This document shows positions 23,621-38,224 of a stretch of 64,000 nt of DNA, in pieces. The first letter of the stretch is position 1. Each line of letters starts with the position of its first letter. Source of the DNA: Octopus sinensis. Taxonomy: Eukaryota. A program made the translations under genes and the position numbers. The stretch is taken from contig NC_043008.1 of assembly GCF_006345805.1 (NCBI RefSeq), positions 73,842,001 through 73,906,000 on the forward strand. Reading direction: 5' to 3'. Below the pieces are notes generated by a model. It was not told the DNA's origin. It made no database searches and saw nothing but the letters and a program-made list of their open reading frames with translations.

Positions 23621-24911
23621 TCCTTTCCAAAACATATTTTTTTAAGGTTATATAAGCTAAATGCATTGGCTATTACTACATTAAAAAAAATAATTATATT
23701 AGCCATGGCTTAACTATTCATATGATCAGATTCTATTCTTACTATATAGCTGATATATTCTCATACCTCTTCTTGCTAGCTCTTCTTATTATATATCGAT
23801 CTAGCTAATCTATTTCTTGATTAGTGCTACATTAACATTCACTATTATATAGAAAATTATTTTTCATAACGAATTTTCGCCTTCTTGGTGCGTTCGTATT
23901 ATGCACTTTATTCCACTATAAAAGTTGTATATACAGTGAAGTTACAGGATCTAATATTTATAGCAATTATAATTACATTTCTCATTATCCTAAAAAAATT
24001 AGGAATTTTGTAGGAAATAAATATACAGGCAGGTTTCAGTTAACACAAAATAAGCACTAATTTACTTATAATAGATATAGCTTGCATGCTTTAATTTTGA
24101 TGTTTCTCTTTATTTGGCAGGGGGTGTTTTGAATACAAACCCTAATAATAATGATTAAATAATAAATAATATGGGTGGTACCGAATTGAATGATGAAGAA
24201 ATGAAGAAAAATCAAAACAAATATAGAAGAAAAAGAAGAGTAGAAAAAAATCATGTTTTCAATTCCATAAAACAAAATATTTGAAAAGTAGAAAATTAAA
24301 ACAAAAATTTAATATAAATATTGTTCATGAATTTAAAAAGAAAAATGTTTAAAGGATTTTTTAGAAGTAATTTTTAAAAAATAAATGTTTTATATTTTTT
24401 TTAAAGATGACCTTGAATTCGTTTTATGGAAAGTGGATTATATTTCCTTCATAGAAATTGCAGTTTTAAACTGGCTTATAAAAATTGGATTATAATATGG
24501 AATTTTAGCAAATATATGAAATCTTCATTTTAAAAATATTTAGTCCTCAAAATTTAATGATACAATATTGTGATTGTTTCTTTCAATGGGCAGACCTGAT
24601 GGTTTCTAGTAATGTGGTTCAGAAAAGTGCTTTACAGTGGACGCATTGGCAATTTTTTTAATTTTAAAAATCATTTTCATATTAGCCAGTGCAACGAAAC
24701 TCTGTCCAGATAATTTTTTTCTTCTTTTTAGAATTTAAGAACAAATAATTTAATCATCGACAATGAAACATAATTCAAATATTTTTTAACAAAAGAATAT
24801 TCATTAGTTTTATCGCATTGCCTGAGGAAAAAAGTGGATTACAATGAAAACTGTAGGCGCATTCATATTCTTAGGTTATTAATCCTGGAAAAGTATAGAA
24901 CAAGATTTCTA

Positions 24912-25516
24912 CAGTAGAATTTGCCTAATTCGTCACCTCTTAAGGAAACTAAAAAGTACTTAAAATTTACATTCTATTGTACTTAAATTATTGCAGCCGA
25001 GAATGACATTTTAAAAATTAAAATACATTATAATAGGTGAATTTGAAATAATGTATTTTATTTATTATGAGAATCTAAAAGACAAGGAAATCTTTAAATG
25101 CATGGTGCAAAAATAATCAAAAATAAGTTTAAACAAAATATTTTTAATCATGTCTTTTGAAATATACAATCAAAATAGTCATATTAGTTAGTTGCATCAA
25201 GTAAATATTGTACAAGATTCTTTTTTTACATGAAGTGAAATCCCATTACAAAAAAGAAAACATTGATTGTAGTAGAATGGTCGTTAAATAGTTTCCAGTC
25301 AACCATATTCTCAGTCAATACTTCCACACTAAAAAAAGTCTGACAAATAAATCATAAGTAAAATTTATTAGTTAGCATTAACACAATATAATTAGCCTAA
25401 TTCGTCTTTGGCTAATTCGTTACTTCACCTAATTCGTCTTTGGATGATTGGTTGCTTCACCTAATTCGTCACTTTCACTTTTCTCTATCGGGTAACTAAT
25501 TAGTTGAATTCTACAG
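24912..25516. mobile_element. Old pogo/Tc1-type MITE with subterminal CCTAATTCGTC repeats
   Basis: Left end TA|CAGTAGAATTTGCCTAATTCGTCAC matches the reverse complement of 25492-25516 at 19/25. The motif recurs at 25396, 25411, 25428 and 25460. Confidence 0.5.
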
Positions 25517-26543
25517 CATTTTTAAAAAATTAATTTTGTTTCATTTCATTTTTAAAATACTGATTTATCCAAAAATAAATGCACGGGCGGGAATAGAGAC
25601 TTAAATAATTCTGCTTAAATAATTTTATCTGAAAACAATAAAAATTACTGGGGCTATACATGAAAAGAGTTTCTGAAAATAAGCTCATAGGCTTCAAATT
25701 GGATGCTTCTATGATTGTGACCCAACTAAACATTGCATATATTCAACCAAACTTCCTTTGAATTCAATACGAAAAATCAAACTGTAGACTCTCTGCAAAC
25801 AGAGCGACGGCCCTCAAACGTTGTCTTAAGGCATAGAGGCACGGTGTCAGTGGTAGCTGGATTTTCAAAGATTAAAATTAAGATTTTAAAATCCTTACTA
25901 AAGATTACTATGGGCCATACCTAAAGATTTTTGCTGCCAATGCGTAGTACAAATTATATTTACTGGATACATGATACAATCATCAGACAGGATTTACCGG
26001 TTAGTTCAGCTACATAAATTACTGACGTGCCAACGGTACTAATTTTTCATACTCAAGATTAATATGGAATATACCTAAGGATTTTATGCACCACTGAATC
26101 CACAATTTTATGACAGACCTTTAAGACTGTCTTGTGCATGTAGTAAAATTTAATTAGATTTAGAAATGCAGTAACAGCTAAACCCTCTTGGTGCATAGTA
26201 ATTCCATGTAAAAGAAGTACTGTTTGTGCCTCAGTAATTTACGTAATAAATCTAACAGTACAAAAATGTGTCTGATATTCAAATCGGCTTACTTAGTTCA
26301 ATTATAAGTGTAACAGAGGCATTCATACATTTCACAGTGATTTTAAAATGTAGGATATACTGTTGCTGACAAAGGCAAAAAGGCGGAAAAAAGAGTCTTT
26401 AATCCAGTTCCTCTTTTCCTTGCATGGCGAGCTAGTATAATAAACCATTAATCCCATGGAGAGAAATAGTGAGAGAGAGAGGCAGTGAGTCCGTGTGTCC
26501 ACGAGGGTTTGCGTGCGTGTGCATGTGTGTGTGTGATTATATA

Positions 26544-26773
26544 AAGTAATCCCTCGCCATATCGCGGTTCACCATCGCGTTTTATTATCTAAGCTTACGT
26601 CGATTCCTCTGTAGTGTTGTCTTGAATTTATAATAAAATAAGTATATACAAACAATAAAAAAATAATAAAAGAAATACACAGTACAGTACTGTTTCTACT
26701 TCGCGGATTTTCACCTATCACGGTGGTGGGGGAGCGGTTGGATCGTATCACCCGCGATAGTCGAGGGATGGCA
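26544..26773 (+). mobile_element. pogo/Tigger-like MITE, copy 1 of 3
   Basis: AGTAATCCCTCG...CGAGGGAT TIRs. The body AAGCTTACGTCGATTCCTC...CAGTACTGTTTCTACTTCGCGGATTTTCACC is shared with 45287 and 53008. Confidence 0.85.
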
Positions 26774-27675
26774 GCATAGTATTGGCTAAAGTCTGTAGCG
26801 AGAAACAAACCAGTACTTTAATTCTAAAATCATAAGTCTGAGAAATATTTGAACTTAGAAAGAATAGGAACGAACTCAATACCAAAAGGTATTTGGTACG
26901 TTGTTCTGCCGATTATGCTAATTCTGTATTATCATCAGGTGAAGCAACTTCCTGACAAAGATTGCTAGTTACAAATTACCAATTACTAACTCAGGGCAAT
27001 GATTTTAGCGGTAGAAATAGTTTGTGAAGGTTGTCTCTGTTCCCTGACAGCAGTTGTTATTTAAATCATATCAGCAAACTGATTTCGTCTGCTGAACTCT
27101 TATTTCCACGCATACTCTTCATTGCTAAGACACAAAACGATAAAATTTCTTTCGACTCATTATTATCAATTTAACAGCAGATAAGGTTTCAAGAATAGCA
27201 AGCAAATATACCAGGAAAGATCTGATAAACTGACAAATGAACTAAATGCTTAGAATTTAAATACAACGAATAGATGCTAATCGAGATATTTATCTTAGAT
27301 AAATGAAATGTTTCTGAACGATATAGGAAAGTGTAGTTAGATACAGATAAGAAATACTAAAAACGTGAAAGAAAACTTTGCAATTTTGCATCAATGTGCT
27401 GACTTCGTATTCGGAAATGTAATATGAAAGAAAACACCTGCTTCTACAAACTATGCTTCATAAATACGAGTCAGGTCGAAATATGTCTAGAACTTTTACT
27501 ACAATTCGAATTGAGTGTAATATATTGGAATGTATCAATGAGAAAAGAATTGAATATCTTTAGGTGATTACAGGTAGGCGAATAACAGCAAAGCTTGTCT
27601 ACTTGAAATACCGTTTATCTATATATATTTGCACGCACAAACACATTCGTATGTATGTATATAATTGATTATATG

Positions 27676-27715
<40 letters not shown>

Positions 27716-29887
27716 AATCAATTGTCAATGAGACAATTTGATCGTAGTTTTATTTTATATTATCGGTCGACTCCCGAAAATAAATCAACTTTTACCGTTG
27801 TAATTTCCGCTTCTCAATAGAATGTAATCATAAATAAGGAAATAGGAATCCAACAGAGGGCTTCTCTATGATTCCACATCAACGAGGGACAAAACCTCAT
27901 TTCTTGAACGAATTTACCAATTTTAAAATATACACTCATAGATAAACACAGATATGCATACATACACACAAACACGCACACTGACACATTTCATACAAAC
28001 ATACACATCTTACAACTGTGAGTTTCGTCAGCCTCTTTTAAGAGTTCAAATCTTTCCCGCATCAATATGTCTTTCATACTTCTAAGGTCGATATAATGAG
28101 TTACACTGAAGTTGGCCAATTTCTTCATGCAAACAGGTTAGATGTTACCCAACTTCACCATCACAAATATCGTGTCCTTTAACATGACAAAGACTGATAT
28201 GCGTCTCCCCACACAATTAGGTACACATGTGCATCCGTGAAGAAAGTGAACTCATGCTAGTGTTTGGTTCCATCCCAGACTTCAAAATTAGATGCACATG
28301 TGTGTTTATGAAGAGAGTAAAGTTGTTATTGCCGTTTGTGTTTAGCCTCAAGCATGATTGTGAAGAATTTTTTCTGCAAGTGCGCTATTTATTAGAAACA
28401 ATTTATGCAACCCCATATTGCCAAATATCTTTCTTTAATTTTAAGAAGGTATAGTGTGAATTAAGGAAGAGCTGGCTGCTTTCCCTAGCATATCTAAGCA
28501 CCACCTGAAATATAATTTTGTCTAGAGGTGATGAATGGGTTAATAGAATTTACCGTTTGCATTCAACGTTTTACCTTATTTTGGTGTGAAGTTTGTCTAG
28601 TGTCATGTTAATGTTACAAAAATGAGCGGCAGCTGTGTAGCAATTGGTCTTATACTGTTTAGTGATGATTGTGTATAATATGCACAATATGCACTGTGTA
28701 AGCTGTATTACGTCATTTACTCGTGGATAAGTAGTAGATTGTACTAGATGATTATATAAGGTATGTACTCTGCAAGTTTATTATAGATTTTTCCGGTGAA
28801 TGTGTAGTTCATCTGATGTGCTGTGTAAGTGTTATAGGATTATATATAATATATACCGTGTAAATTGTATCATAGTATTGGCTAGTAATTTTATCGCATA
28901 TGTGCTATGTAAGTTTATTTTAATATTGAGAATGATTGCACAGAGTATGTGCTTGTGTTGTGTTGTCATAATCTAGTAGAATTTGCATTTAGCACGTGAA
29001 TATATTGGTTGGTGGTTTTGTTGAATCGTAAGACATATATATAAATATTCTTTTATGTTGAAAATAAAACTTAAGTGAATGTATGACTGGCTTTGTTGTC
29101 ATAGGTGGTAGTGATCTAAGATGAGAAATTAAGTATTACAAAATTACTTTGTTGCGCGTTTGGGAAAATGCATGGAAACTTATTCAGAAGACCAATGTTT
29201 TCAAAGGACGTTTTTATTGGAATTACACTCAGCCAAAGGTCACCTACGTCATATTCCTGCAATACTAGATGCTTTCTAATATCTACTTTCAAACTGTCAC
29301 ATCCCGAGATCTCCACCGGAGTAAGTGTGGGATAGCAGAGGGGATGTTTATATCTTCTCGCGACTATATAAAATCCTAAGTTAGCAAAACTTTTCTACAT
29401 ACTGTCATCAATGACCATAGTATAGTTTTCTTTCTCAATAGTTTAATATATTTCATTTCTCCGGTTTTAGTACAAAACAATGATTTCCCGACCCCTCCAC
29501 CACAGCCAAGGTATATATTCTACAACTCATCGGACATAAAGTGATAATTTACTCTCCGATCTGATCAAGCATAAGACCTTCCAAACTTGTCAGGACTCCA
29601 TTAGTTAATGTGGTAATTTGTAATATGAGCAAGTTGTCATTTAAGAGAGATTTGGTTGACCATCAGTTTCCTACTGTAATGTTTACAAGAGGTATAGTTG
29701 TCAGCGTGGTAGTTTCAAACTGGTTCTAACTGCGTCCGTTAGACTTGTGAGTAAAATATTCTTGCTACAGACGACATTAAGAAAATCTAGGATTACATTA
29801 TCTAATGTAGCTATCCATTGTCTTAAGTGTGGGGTATAGAAAGACATTGGATGTCATTTCTAGTAAGTGAACCACTCGCTTAAAGAC

Positions 29888-29931
<44 letters not shown>

Positions 29932-29935
<4 letters not shown>

Positions 29936-30783
29936 AGCTCTAATCAACAACTCTCGGACTGTTACCATAGTAACAAATCTAAAGCACGCAGGGTAAAGTT
30001 GCTGGACACAGATTGACCTTGAACACTAAGTTTTAACGTTTTAGTTCACTTCTGCTGTTTACGAACGTATGTAGCGCGTGATCGTCGCATTGTCCATCAC
30101 ATAGGAAGTTGTAGTGGCGATACCTGCTCAGAGGCCGACGCAAAGTTGCTAAAAGTGAATGGAGAGGAGTGTATGAGCCGCCTACAAGTGTATGAATAGT
30201 TGGGACGTTATAAGGATTTCCTGAAAATTCGATATTGACGAAGGTTCTGAGAGACACGCAATCAGCAGAACTGATAAAAAAAACGCAGATGTGCGTACGG
30301 CTGCGAGTGGAAATCATTGAACCACCATTCGTGATTACTAGAGGATGTCCAGGTTAGTTACGGTTCAGTTCAGTCCATTATCACTGAAGATTTGGGTGTG
30401 ACACGCATGTCTGCCAAGTGTGTGCCAAAACATCAGAGCAAAATGGCACTTGGGTTTCAATTGCACAAGATCTTGATTGCATCGAGAACTATGAAAACTT
30501 ATTGAAATCTTTTTGTAGGACTCTGAGCAGGTATCGCTAATCTTTTGGCAAAATTTGATATAGATTATCTGCTAAACTTTCTCTGTCATGTGCAAAACAA
30601 CGATCACACGTCACACACTTTCCTTCCAAGCACTGCTGTATACAGCAGATATGAGCTAGGGTGTCTAAATTTAGCGCACATGCACAGCAGCATTCAAGGT
30701 CAATATGTGCCAAGCGGCTTCACTTTACGTGCTTTAGCCTCGTTACTATAGCAATCATCTGGATACTTATTAATCATATCTCG
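29932..30783. mobile_element. Non-autonomous mariner derivative made of two inverted 5' ends, copy 2 (opposite orientation)
   Basis: Same architecture and same junction (TTGAAATC|TTT...GTAGG.CTCTGAGCAGGTATCG, near 30509) as 21303-22205. Right TIR GATACTTATTAATCATATCTCG followed by TA. Confidence 0.88.
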
Positions 30784-31339
30784 TATATATATTATATATA
30801 TACATTAGAGAATTCAAAATACATTATAGAACACACATATAGGCATCGTTACGAGAACCCATAATAAACTGATATTAAACAAACTGTACGAAAATATATT
30901 TCGATGTCTCAATACATTTGAAACATATAAACATATTACGAGTGCTACTCCAGCAATTCCGTCGAGCCAAAATCGACACCCACCGCAAATGTACGAAGCT
31001 ATAAAATGTTTGGAAATTCATCAAGCCTTAATCGTGTTAGTTATAGTTTCCTAAATTTATATATTAATATTTGCAGTTATATGTGCTTATATGTTTATTA
31101 AAGCTGCATAAAACTGTACAACAGTAGTGGAAGCCATAATGCTAACTGAAATATAATTCTGAATTATAAATGTGATGAAGTGATGTGAAAATGAAAATCT
31201 TAGTAATTGATCCTGACTCAAAAACTGGCGAAATAGAATTGATGGCCGTAATATGTTATCGCATTAGGTAACGGAATGATTGACTAGTTTTAGCGTTCGA
31301 TCCCACTCCTTAACACTTTGGGAGAATATCAGTCTCAAA

Positions 31340-31545
31340 TTTTAGTACAAGATCATCAAATTCGGAGGAAGGTGTAAGTCGATTTCATTGATCTCGGAGT
31401 TCAAGTGGTAATTATTTTATGACATCCAAAGGTTGAATAGTAAAGTTGATCTCGGCGGGATTTGAACTCAGAAAGTAAAGATCGAAGAAATACTGCTAAA
31501 CATTTTGTGCGGCGTGCTAATAATTTTGTGAAGCTCACCGTCTTA
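31340..31545 (-). mobile_element. SINE family 3, old diverged copy
   Basis: GTAAAGTTGATCTCGGCGGGATTTGAACTCAGAA...CGGCGTGCTAA. Confidence 0.7.
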
Positions 31546-31854
31546 CACTTCATGGGAAAATATCAAGAGAATATGAGTGAAAAAAAAAATGTGAGAAAAG
31601 CTGCTGACGGGACTACTTTACATGGATGGTTGACTATCTTATAACTCAACATGTCATTTCAGGAAAGTCGATTCTTTTGCGAACCAAATCATTGATCTGA
31701 GGGCAGCACCCTATTACCAATCTCGAGCTTCCAAATAATTACTGTGGGCACTTTTCTTCCGCCTTTGCCTGAGCCATTATAAATTAGAATATGCTCTTAT
31801 AAGTGACAAACATTCAACATTGAAAGTTTATTCTTTCTCAAATGATAAGATATT

Positions 31855-32240
31855 GGTTTCAAATTATGACACAAGGCTAGCAATTTCGAGGGTTGCGGTA
31901 AGTCGATTATGTCGACCCCAGTGCTCTGCTGCTACTCATTTTATCACCCAGAGAGGATGAAAGGCAAAGTCGACGTCAGCGGAATTTGAACTAAGAACGT
32001 GAAGATGGAATGCTACGAAGCGTTTTGTCTGCCATGCTAACGATTCTGCACGTTGGCCGCATGATAAGATATTCTTTTCTTCTCTTGGCACAAGGCCCGA
32101 AATTATGGGGGAGGGAGTCAGTCGGTTAGATCAATCCCAGCACGCTACTGGTACTTAATTTATCGACCGCGTAAGGATGAAAGGCAAAGTCGATTTCGGT
32201 GGAATTTGAACTCAGAACGTAAAGACCGACGAAATACCGC
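31855..32240 (-). mobile_element. Two tandem SINE family 3 copies (about 31855-32060 and 32070-32240)
   Basis: Two successive CACAAGGC...GGATGAAAGGCAAAGTCGA...GGAATTTGAACT bodies separated by a copy of the target site. Confidence 0.85.
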
Positions 32241-32896
32241 ATGATAATATATTAAATGCATATTTGTATTGTAGGAGACTTTGTCAATGTGCGATGTAGG
32301 ATTGTATTGCTTATCGAGACAATAATCTATACACCCAATATAATATTTTATTTCGAGATAAATTATTTCTTCAACTGTTTATGCAGAATCAATTAACACT
32401 GGATATTTTGTAAATGATTGGATTTTTAAGGCAGTTGACACCTCTCACTGCTGACTTCATTTTCCAGAAATCATTTTAAGAAGCTGTTTTTAAGCTATGG
32501 ATATATAAGGGTTTAACTGCACCTGACAAACTCTCCAAGCTTGCTAATCAAATTGAAAACAGAGACACAGATGCCATAATGATATTTGAATGTGACACAA
32601 GGGAATCGAAGGACATAATTTAAGGAAACAATATTAAACATATAGTCATAGCGGCTACACATAGCTTTACAACTTCATCTAAGAAAATGAATTGTAATTT
32701 TCTAAATAGGCGAGATTGGAAAACTAGTAAGAGTTCTATATTTTCATCAATTTGAATATTAAATAAAAATTTTGCGCTACGACTAACTATAATTGGAAAA
32801 TAGTGGCTTCATTATGGAAGACATTTGTATCACCAGATATATCAACAGATGCATGTTAATGTATGTAAATGTGTGGGTGCAAATGTGGGCAAGTGA

Positions 32897-32940
<44 letters not shown>

Positions 32941-32948
32941 GCAAGCGA

Positions 32949-32987
<39 letters not shown>

Positions 32988-33031
32988 TATACATGCATGT
33001 ACACGCATATATACTCGCATATATGCATATG

Positions 33032-33193
33032 TAAGAGGGTGCGCTAAAAAGTCCCTGGATTTAAGGGTATCGCGAGAAGCCAGGCTGGAAGCTCAAAACT
33101 TTGGAGGTCTTTTACAGATCCGCTGCAATAAATGTGTGATCCTACTGTATTTTCTTTTAACCAGAGTCAGGAATATTTCAGCACCCCGTCGTA
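33032..33193. mobile_element. Short mariner-type MITE
   Basis: TA|AGAGGGTGCGCTAAAAAGTCCCTGG at the left and CAGGAATATTTCAGCACCCCGTCG|TA at the right form imperfect TIRs. About 160 bp. Confidence 0.7.
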
Positions 33194-33263
33194 TATGTAT
33201 AGCATGTGTATATAAGTGTATTGTATACACACAGCATATATAAACACAAATGCACACATAAAG

Positions 33264-33295
<32 letters not shown>

Positions 33296-36200
33296 GCATA
33301 TACACACATAAATATTCATTGATTCCTGTTTGTAAAGTGTTATATATTATATATTTGATGTGTCTCATGATGCATTCATGCATTTGTGGGAGTTTATCTA
33401 TCAAATAATAACCATTAAAAGTGATAATCGAATGCTTACCACAACAAAGTACTGTAATGAATGACAGAACAAGTAACACTTACTATATAAACAGAGTGTG
33501 ACCCCCTCTCCCCCCAAAAAAGAAAGAAAAACGCATTTTACAGCTTTGCAAAGGAATATTCACTATATGAAGCGATCATTTCCACCTTCGTAACTTTAAT
33601 ACCATCACACTAATAGCCGTGTATGGGGATCTTTTCTGTGGCACACAAAGTTCTGTTTCTGCCAGTGCTGCTGTTATTATCTGTAAAAATAATGACAAAC
33701 GATTTCGGAGAATTACAATGTTTATAGAATTTACCTCTGTATATTGAATCTAGTGTATAATTGGTTGATATTTAGCTGTGATAGAACTAAATCAAAAACA
33801 TATTTTAGCAGGATGAGAATTTCACAAGGTGAAATGTAGAGCAATTTACCATTTCTTTTTCAATGTTATAAGCCCAATAAGAATAAATACCAAGTCAACC
33901 TCGGCAGATGGTTGAATTTATAACATATCAAAAATGTAAGCTCGTAGATTCATAACATATCTTCCATGTATATATCTACATTTTTTGTCTTCTAAACCTA
34001 TTTCAATATATTTCCACTCATGTCATCATTTTTTATATCCAATTTCTCCTTTATCTAACTTGTGTTTATTCATTTTTCCAAAAATATGCCCCCTGTTTTA
34101 CAGGTTCTTATTCTCCCCTACTTTTCTTTCAGTTCTTGTTTTTACATTTTTTTAAGAACATCAACCCCACTCCATTCCCATTCCCTTTCTGTTTAACTTC
34201 CCTATCTGCTTCATCTTTCACATTGTAACTTTATTTCCGTGTATAACAGGAAGCTCTGTGAAACAGGTTCACACAATTTGCAACTGTATGTTGCAGTGCT
34301 TAACATGATCTACACCATCGAACGTATATATAATACAATTTCAACAAATAATTTTAAAATAAAATATTGAATGATGTAAAAAAAAAATAAACAAAATTAT
34401 TTACAAACATTTGCAACAATTTGCACAAAAGGTACAAAGACTTTCTCCTCCATTTTGTTTCATGTTTTAATTTTTTTCCTCCCGTTTAACACAAATATAA
34501 TTTTTTTGTATAGATTTCCGTTTCAGTTTTTATCTATGCAACACGCGGGTGGAGGAAATTTTCATTAGCTAAAAGGCAGAGAGACTAAAGAATACGATGG
34601 AATATGTTTTATTTAAATAGCAAATGTTAATAGAACATGTTTTCTCTGAAACTTTCACTCATTGTTGCCAAACGATCTGTCTAAAATACACGAAAGGGAA
34701 GAGAACGAAGAAATATTTGGTGGGGGTGGGCATTTACAAGAATATACATTTCAGTAAAAGTTCCCTCGGGTTTGGAAAAGAAACCTGATTTAAAAAGCTA
34801 ACGAAAAACGGAATAAGTTCATTCAAAATTTGAAAACAAAACTGACATGATTCTCTGAATACTTTTTCAGATAAACGTTTTGATAATGTTGATTTTAACT
34901 TCTAGGTTTTCATGAGGTAAATGAAGAAATTGAATAAAAATACTTAAACAATATTTTCATGAAAGTATATTCATTAAAATCCAGTTGCATATGGAAACAG
35001 TTTACTACATTTAAGCCATACAGTAATAGCTTTTCGCTAGTTTCCGTATCATTGAGTACGCCGTATAGTCACCAAGACGCGAGTACGTTGATCAAGCAGT
35101 AGTTTTCTTTTCCACACAAGGTAATTAATTGCTCGCTAAAAGTATGATGCTGAGACGGCTCTCGAGAATATATATACATGCCAACATATGTACATTATGC
35201 ACACGCGCGCGCACACACGGACGTACGCGCATGCACATACACCAACGCCTGCACATATATTTATATAGTGTTGATAACTATTAAATAATTTTTTTTTATT
35301 TAGTGGACAATCCTTTAAAAACAGTACTAATTTATACTTGTAAAACAATTTCATGGTAATATAGAAGAGCAACTCAACTTCGGTGAGATTTGAACGAAGA
35401 ATAAAAGGGGACATCACTCTCGTATTCGTTATTTCTACCATTCTTCAGCCTATTAGCAACAATAATAAGAGATAAAGACGAAAACAGAAACTAGAGGTTG
35501 AGTTGGGTGGAGATAAGATGCGAGAGATTAAATATATTACAGTATTAAATGTATTTAAGAATTAAATGTATTTCAATATTATTAAGTTTAGAATCAATAC
35601 ATCAGATATGGGAGTTAGCTTTTTGTTCGCTTTAATGGTATGATATATTAAATAATTATCTAATTGATAAGATGTCTACGGTTGATTGTGTGTGAATCTC
35701 ACTCTCTCTCTTTCTCTCTCTCCCACCCATATGTATGTGCGAGTAGTGAGATGTTATATATATATATATGTATCTGTATGTATGTAAGTATAATATACAT
35801 ATATATTATATTACATATATATATAATATTATTTATATATATATATATATATATATAGTATTATATATCATATATATATATATATATAATATATATATAT
35901 ATAATATATATTTATACGAATTTATAAGCACACGCGCACGCAAACATGCGCATATCTGTGGAGAAAGCGATATGCATTCATGTATTTATGTGTGTATATG
36001 TGTGCGTGCGTGTGTTTATACACACTCATATACACATACAAATGCACATTTATTCCTGCATACATTCACGTATGACGAAGGATAGTAATGCATTGATACT
36101 ATACATTTTGCATAAATTCGTCTGCAAAATTCTCCCGCCTGACACAATGTTATTGTTGCAATTGAGAAGAAATTTGGAAATAAAAGAAAGGAAAAAGAAT

Positions 36201-36610
36201 GGGGAAATAGAAGTACTACAAAACAACAATATGAATAACACGATAACAAAAGTAAAAGAAGTCAGTTGACAGAGATAATACCACAGGATATAGTGAGCTG
36301 GACAGAAAAAGATTAACGTGTATTATGTTTATTGCGAGAGACTGATGTTACGTATGGAAAGGTGAAGCTGTATTAGTGGGCATTCTGTTGAAGAAAACAT
36401 AAAGATAGACTGTAGTAGCTACTACTGCTGCTTTTCTGATGCCCTTTATGAAACAACAATAAGACTGAAGACTGTTTACTGAAGCGGCAAAATATTGAAG
36501 ATATTCAAACTTAACAAAATAGGAAAGCAAAAATTGAAAACAGGAAATAGAGCGATGAGCCAAGAGATACGAGGCGTCGAAAGCTTTTCATTTTTATTTC
36601 ACAATGGCTT

Positions 36611-36658
<48 letters not shown>

Positions 36659-36696
36659 ATATATGTATATGCATGTATGTGTATATGTATTTATGA

Positions 36697-36750
<54 letters not shown>

Positions 36751-37409
36751 GATCTGTCCCTTCGACTGTTCATTTACACATTTAATTTCTTTTTATGCTT
36801 GTATTTTTGAAAAGATAAGGAGGCAACAAGCTATAGAGTACTTCGCCTCCAAGAAGCACATTACTCTACCATGCCACCTATCCACCTATTGTTTTCATAT
36901 TCTACATGTCTAAGATAACTGAAACAGTCTGAAAGAATCCAATTGGGTAAAATAGAAATAACACTAGAACGTCTAGTTTGTCACTTGTTTTGCTAGAAAT
37001 GTCAGCTAGAACTATTCCATTCTATCCAATAATATAAATTCACGCTAGATAACTGATATCAGATAAACTTTATATTGGTTGCACGCATGGCCAAGTCGTT
37101 AAATCGTTCGATTTGCAGTTGCTAGATCCAGAGATCGATTCCGCTGTGTGGTGTAATAGGCAAACTCACATTGTTGTGAATTAATAACCTGCAATTGTTA
37201 TTCAATGGATCACTCGTATTACACACTGTTCCACGTTGATGTTTGTTCAATATGATGAAATTTGCAGATATATTTCATTGAACATTCAGAAATATTAATA
37301 ATCGAACCCAAGAGAGATTAATTCAATTTTTTCCAGAGGATTTGATTTATATACACACACTTAGTCTCTCTCTCTCTCCCCTTTTTTCTCAATTAATTTA
37401 TATATACAT

Positions 37410-37454
<45 letters not shown>

Positions 37455-37460
<6 letters not shown>

Positions 37461-38045
37461 TATATGGGTACAGGACATCACTAACAGTAAACAACATGAA
37501 ATACGGAAACAAATGAGTTCAATACACAAACAACGAGAGAAACAAATGGAAAACAGGACAAGTAACATAAAGAACGACCCGTCATCAGTTGTCGACTGTC
37601 TTACTACTCCTCATTTCGTGCATTGAATGACACTAGGAGTCTTCGAAGACAGTTGCTCCCATAGGTACCAAAACAAAATTTTGGATTTATGGAGGGTCAA
37701 AGTTGGCAACAAAAACAGGAGAGTGGAGACATACAAGGAAATCGAACGAAAATAAACATGGAGGGCCATTAGACCAGAAGAAGGGTAAAATAGCGAACGC
37801 TGGAGATATAGTTTCTTTGAAAAGAGAAAAGATAGAAGACGTCCAGTCCTTAGGACAATCTTGAAAAAAGAAAGATGATCATGTGAGGATGATGGTCACG
37901 TATCAGCATCAAAAGAGAGAAAGAGAGTAAGAGGGGGAGAAAAAGAGACAGATAGAAAATGGTGAAGGGGAGAAAAAGATGGGAGAGAAAGCAGTACAGA
38001 GTAGAGTCGCATCAAAAGATGAAGATAAACTTACTTGGAAATGAA
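37455..38045 (-). mobile_element. (TA)n-flanked ~600-bp interspersed element, copy A
   Basis: Its reverse complement aligns along 38517-39180 (CACGCAT.CATTTCCAAGTAAGTTT...CAACTGATGA...TGTCCTGTACCCAT). Confidence 0.8.
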
Positions 38046-38082
38046 TGCGTGACGTTCACTCTAATAATATAAATAATATATA

Positions 38083-38189
<107 letters not shown>

Positions 38190-38224
38190 ATATATATATA
38201 CATATATATATACACATATGTACA

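Noticed and set aside
29480-29515. Walker A-like GCGGGVGKS on the minus strand
   Set aside because: The frame is closed by nearby stops, spacing is non-canonical, and no Walker B or domain context follows.
32490-32700. Possible CR1-like LINE 3' end
   Set aside because: Only a weak TR..GH.L-like resemblance, with no continuous frame.
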